Origin: Calditrichales bacterium
Lineage (GTDB): Bacteria > Calditrichota > Calditrichia > Calditrichales > J004
NCBI GenBank assembly: GCA_965267575.1
Contig: OZ254086.1
Coordinates: 1,440,001-1,504,000, forward strand
Direction of reading: 5' to 3'
DNA: 64,000 nucleotides
Shown here piece by piece: positions 61,032 through 64,000 of this stretch (positions within the stretch are counted from its first letter, which is position 1; every line of letters begins with the position of its first letter). The notes beneath the pieces are model-generated. The model was given only the letters and a program-made list of their open reading frames with translations, ran no database searches and was not told the DNA's origin. Position numbers and translations under genes: made by a program.

Positions 61032-61934
61032 ATGGTAAAAAGCGTCTTAAAGCGCTTACTGCTTCCAACACACTGGTGGGGTATTTATAGGGCGTCGCGC
61101 GGCGGCCGTCGGCCGGCTCGTTATGCCCAAGATCCGCAACTGAAGCTGTACGACCAGATCCTGCAAACGGATTTTCTGCATTACGGCTATTTCCCCAATC
61201 CCGCGATTGTGCCGGAAAAGATAAGCCTCTATGATATGAGAGAAGCGCAACGCCGTTATGCCCGGCTTATTCTCGACCAGGTAAATGACGATACCAATCC
61301 CGTGCTGGATGTGGGCTGCGGCATGGGCGGGCTGATCGGGATGCTTCTGAAAAGGAATTCCGCAACCGTTGGCGTTACGCCGGACAGGCTGCAAATAAAC
61401 TACATCTACCGCAAGTATCCGCAGGCGCGTTTGGTGCACGCGCGCTACCAGAACATGAAGACAGAAGATTACAACGCTTATTTCGGCACGATTATCCACT
61501 CCGAGTCGCTGCAATACATGAGTCTCGATAAGGCAATCGAAAACACGCTTAAAATGCTGAAGCCCGGCGGACGCTGGATTGTGGTGGATTATTTTCGCCT
61601 GGGCAATGCTTATGAAAAGTCCGGCCATTTGTGGGCCGATTTTTTGCACAAAACGGGCAAAAGCGGATTGCGCATAATTAACGAGCAGGATATTACCAAA
61701 AACATTCAGCCGACGCTGGCCTATATTTTTATGTGGGGAAAGGAAATCGGCAAACCCTTATTTGAGTTTCTTGTGGAGAAGCTGAAGCACAAACATCCCG
61801 GCAAATATTACGTTCTGCAGGATATGGTCGAGCAAATGGAGAGCAAGATCAACAAGCAGCTAAATATTGTAAATCCCGACATATTTGTGCAGGATAAAAA
61901 ATACACCTTGATGACCCTGGAAAAGCCGGAATAA
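61032..61934 (+). CDS. Class I SAM-dependent methyltransferase
   Basis: LHYGYF, VLDVGCGMGG, SESLQY, LKPGG. Confidence 0.88.
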   Translation: MVKSVLKRLLLPTHWWGIYRASRGGRRPARYAQDPQLKLYDQILQTDFLHYGYFPNPAIVPEKISLYDMREAQRRYARLILDQVNDDTNPVLDVGCGMGGLIGMLLKRNSATVGVTPDRLQINYIYRKYPQARLVHARYQNMKTEDYNAYFGTIIHSESLQYMSLDKAIENTLKMLKPGGRWIVVDYFRLGNAYEKSGHLWADFLHKTGKSGLRIINEQDITKNIQPTLAYIFMWGKEIGKPLFEFLVEKLKHKHPGKYYVLQDMVEQMESKINKQLNIVNPDIFVQDKKYTLMTLEKPE

Positions 61935-62028
61935 CGAAAAAACCACAAACAGTGCCTAATTAAACTATCTCTTTTTGAATACTTTGGTTTGTTATTTCTG
62001 TTTTGAAATTTGGAATTTTGGACTTTTT

Positions 62029-62802
62029 ATGATCCGTAATTTGCTTTTACAATCTCCCGGCCGGGGAGACGTACTGTTTCGCTGGCGCGGAAATGAGGTT
62101 TCGCGGCTGGAGGGTTTCAGCGACGCGGCTTTTGCTTTTGCTATAACCCTGCTGGTGGTTTCACTGGAGGTGCCGCGCGGCTACAATGAGCTTTTGCGCA
62201 CCATGCTTGGCTTTCCCGCTTTCATGATCTCCTTTGCCATAGTGGTGTTTCTGTGGTATTACCACTATCTTTTTTTCCGGCGCTACGGCCTGCAAACGGC
62301 CACAGTCATCGTGCTAAATTCATTGTTGATATTTGTGGTTCTGCTTTATATCTATCCGCTGAAGTTCCTGTTCAACTACCTGATTGGCTTCTTTTTTGAT
62401 GCACATGAAGGCACTCAGAAAATCTTTATTTCCCGTTTGGATGCATCCAACCTGCTGATCATTTATTCGGCCGGTCTCTCGGCAATTTTTTTGATTTACC
62501 TGCTGATGTATCGCTACGCCTACACGCTGCGCGACCAACTAAGACTCAATGATGTAGAGGTGGTGCTTACAAAGGCGGCCGTCGAAACACAGGGTATTTA
62601 TCTCGGTGTTTCACTGGCGTCGATTGTGTTGGCGCTTTTTTCGCCTTTGCTGCCGCTGGCCGGATTCATCTATATTTTATTTTTACCGCTTAAGGCGCTT
62701 CATGGCTATACCGTCGGCAGGCGTATCAAAAAGCTGGATGAATTAAAGGGACTGGATACAAACGTCACCTTCAGAAAAAGGGATATGAAACGTGGCGCTT
62801 AG
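62029..62802 (+). CDS. TMEM175-family (DUF1211) potassium channel-like protein
   Basis: SRLEGFSDAAFAFAITLLV, W..H..FF, LN; ATG 62029. Confidence 0.85.
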   Translation: MIRNLLLQSPGRGDVLFRWRGNEVSRLEGFSDAAFAFAITLLVVSLEVPRGYNELLRTMLGFPAFMISFAIVVFLWYYHYLFFRRYGLQTATVIVLNSLLIFVVLLYIYPLKFLFNYLIGFFFDAHEGTQKIFISRLDASNLLIIYSAGLSAIFLIYLLMYRYAYTLRDQLRLNDVEVVLTKAAVETQGIYLGVSLASIVLALFSPLLPLAGFIYILFLPLKALHGYTVGRRIKKLDELKGLDTNVTFRKRDMKRGA

Positions 62803-64000
62803 ATACAGTAACGAATGGCTGCAAGCCTGGCACGAAGCCATCAACGCCTCACCTGCTTACGAGGCGGCCGCCGCAAAATGGGAATGGCCCGTATTGCTAA
62901 ACGTGGAAGATAAACCCGGCCTGCGCTTTTATCTTGATCTCAAAAAGGGCAAATGCCTGGAAGCAAGGCGCGCCGCCGAGGCCGATACGGTCGGAGACGT
63001 TTACGTCCTGAATGCGCCCAAAGCCGTCTGGGACAGTTTGCTTGATGCGGAGATGGAGCCCATCTCCGCTGTAATGCGCGGCAAGCTTAAACTGGAAAAG
63101 GGCAAGCTGAGCCGTTTGCTGGGGCAGGTAAAAGCGGCGCAGGAGTTGGTGCAATGTGCCCGCGGCCTGGAACATGGCAATGATACAATCCCGGATGCAG
63201 AGGATGACAAGCCGCCCGCAGTCACAAAAGCGCCGCAAAGCGGTTTCCGCTCATTGCAGCCTTTTGAACAGAAATTCCCATTGCGGCTGTACCAGAAAGC
63301 TAAAAAGTTGGGCATATGGAACCCCGCCGACATTGATTTCTCGCAGGACAGGAAGGACTGGCAGCAGCTGAATGAGCTGGAGCGGGAAGTACTGCTGCAT
63401 CTGACGACGCTTTTTCAGGGCGGAGAAGAGGCAGTAACCATGGATATTTTGCCACTGATGTTGTGCGTGGCCCGTGAACGGCGCATCGAGGAAGAGCTGT
63501 ATCTTTCCACATTCCTGTTTGAGGAGGCTAAGCACACTGAATTCTTTCGTCTTTTCCTGGATGAGGTTTGCGGCGAGCAGCCCGACCTTTCGCGCTTTCA
63601 TGATGCCGCTTACAACCGTGTTTTCAGCGAGGCCCTGCCCGCCGCCATGTCCGTTTTACTGCAAGATCCGTCAGCGCAAAACCAGGTAAGGGCGTCGGCT
63701 ACGTATAACATGATCGTTGAAGGTGTGCTGGCGGAAACAGGCTACCAGGCATATTACAGCATGCTGCAACGTAATGATATTATGCCCGGTTTGCGCAGCG
63801 GCATTGCACGGCTAAAGCAGGATGAATCGAGACATATTGGGTATGGGCTCTATTTTATCGCCCGTCATATTGATGAAGACCCTGCCTTGAAAAAGGTTTT
63901 GTTTACTACCATGGATGCGCTTTTTGCGGATGCTGTCGCTGTTATCGAAGCTATTTTCGCGCGTTATGAGGTTATGCCTTTCGGATTGCAAAAAGATGAG
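62792..64000 (+). CDS. SCP2 lipid-binding domain fused to R2-like ligand-binding oxidase (R2lox); runs off the window end; absent from ORF track
   Basis: Manual translation from GTG 62792, 403 codons with no stop: EWLQAWHEAINASPAYEAAAAKWE..PISAVMRGKLKLEKG (SCP2), linker, then WNPADIDFSQD, GGEEAVT, EEAKH, TYNMIVEGVLAETGY, DESRH. Confidence 0.9.
   Translation, partial: MALRYSNEWLQAWHEAINASPAYEAAAAKWEWPVLLNVEDKPGLRFYLDLKKGKCLEARRAAEADTVGDVYVLNAPKAVWDSLLDAEMEPISAVMRGKLKLEKGKLSRLLGQVKAAQELVQCARGLEHGNDTIPDAEDDKPPAVTKAPQSGFRSLQPFEQKFPLRLYQKAKKLGIWNPADIDFSQDRKDWQQLNELEREVLLHLTTLFQGGEEAVTMDILPLMLCVARERRIEEELYLSTFLFEEAKHTEFFRLFLDEVCGEQPDLSRFHDAAYNRVFSEALPAAMSVLLQDPSAQNQVRASATYNMIVEGVLAETGYQAYYSMLQRNDIMPGLRSGIARLKQDESRHIGYGLYFIARHIDEDPALKKVLFTTMDALFADAVAVIEAIFARYEVMPFGLQKDE

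Noticed and set aside
61032-61934. Sterol C24-methyltransferase implying sterol synthesis
   Set aside because: The YEYGWG-type substrate motif is absent and there are no sterol pathway genes in the window
62897-63689. Short track ORFs at the right end
   Set aside because: Shadow or off-frame ORFs over the SCP2-R2lox gene
63246-64000. Ribonucleotide reductase beta subunit (nrdB/nrdF)
   Set aside because: Motifs GEEAVT and YNMIVEG.LAE.GY, with Phe after EEAKH where class Ia has the radical Tyr, fit R2lox; no R1 gene in the window

Overview
Chromosomal window from a roughly 50% GC Gram-negative bacterium. FlgD/T9SS-like C-terminal tag, FCB-type parE/parC, mitochondrial-type aconitase and NamZ suggest, by inference only, a Calditrichota/FCB-related lineage. 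Content is mostly housekeeping, envelope, signalling and peptidase genes (parE/parC, lgt, fumC, aconitase, tRNA-Leu(CAG), DinG helicase, two PAS histidine kinases, VapBC, many proteases). Two genes run off the window edges and are missing from the ORF track: a MASE1-PAS histidine kinase (<1..2562, -) and an SCP2 lipid-carrier domain fused to an R2-like ligand-binding oxidase (62792..>64000, +). The fusion is the most interesting gene here. Other highlights: two paralogous lipoproteins in a REP-gene-REP-gene-REP array (one frameshifted); a sigma-54 promoter with two candidate enhancer boxes driving a PRC-barrel/pseudo-receiver/SpoIIAA-like operon next to a pseudo-receiver activator; an active plus catalytically dead HtrA pair; a degenerate CPBP-PP2C fusion; and several families of intergenic REP-like and short-period inverted tandem repeats. 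No CRISPR array, integrase, transposase or prophage was seen. All calls come from motif recognition by eye, with no database searches.
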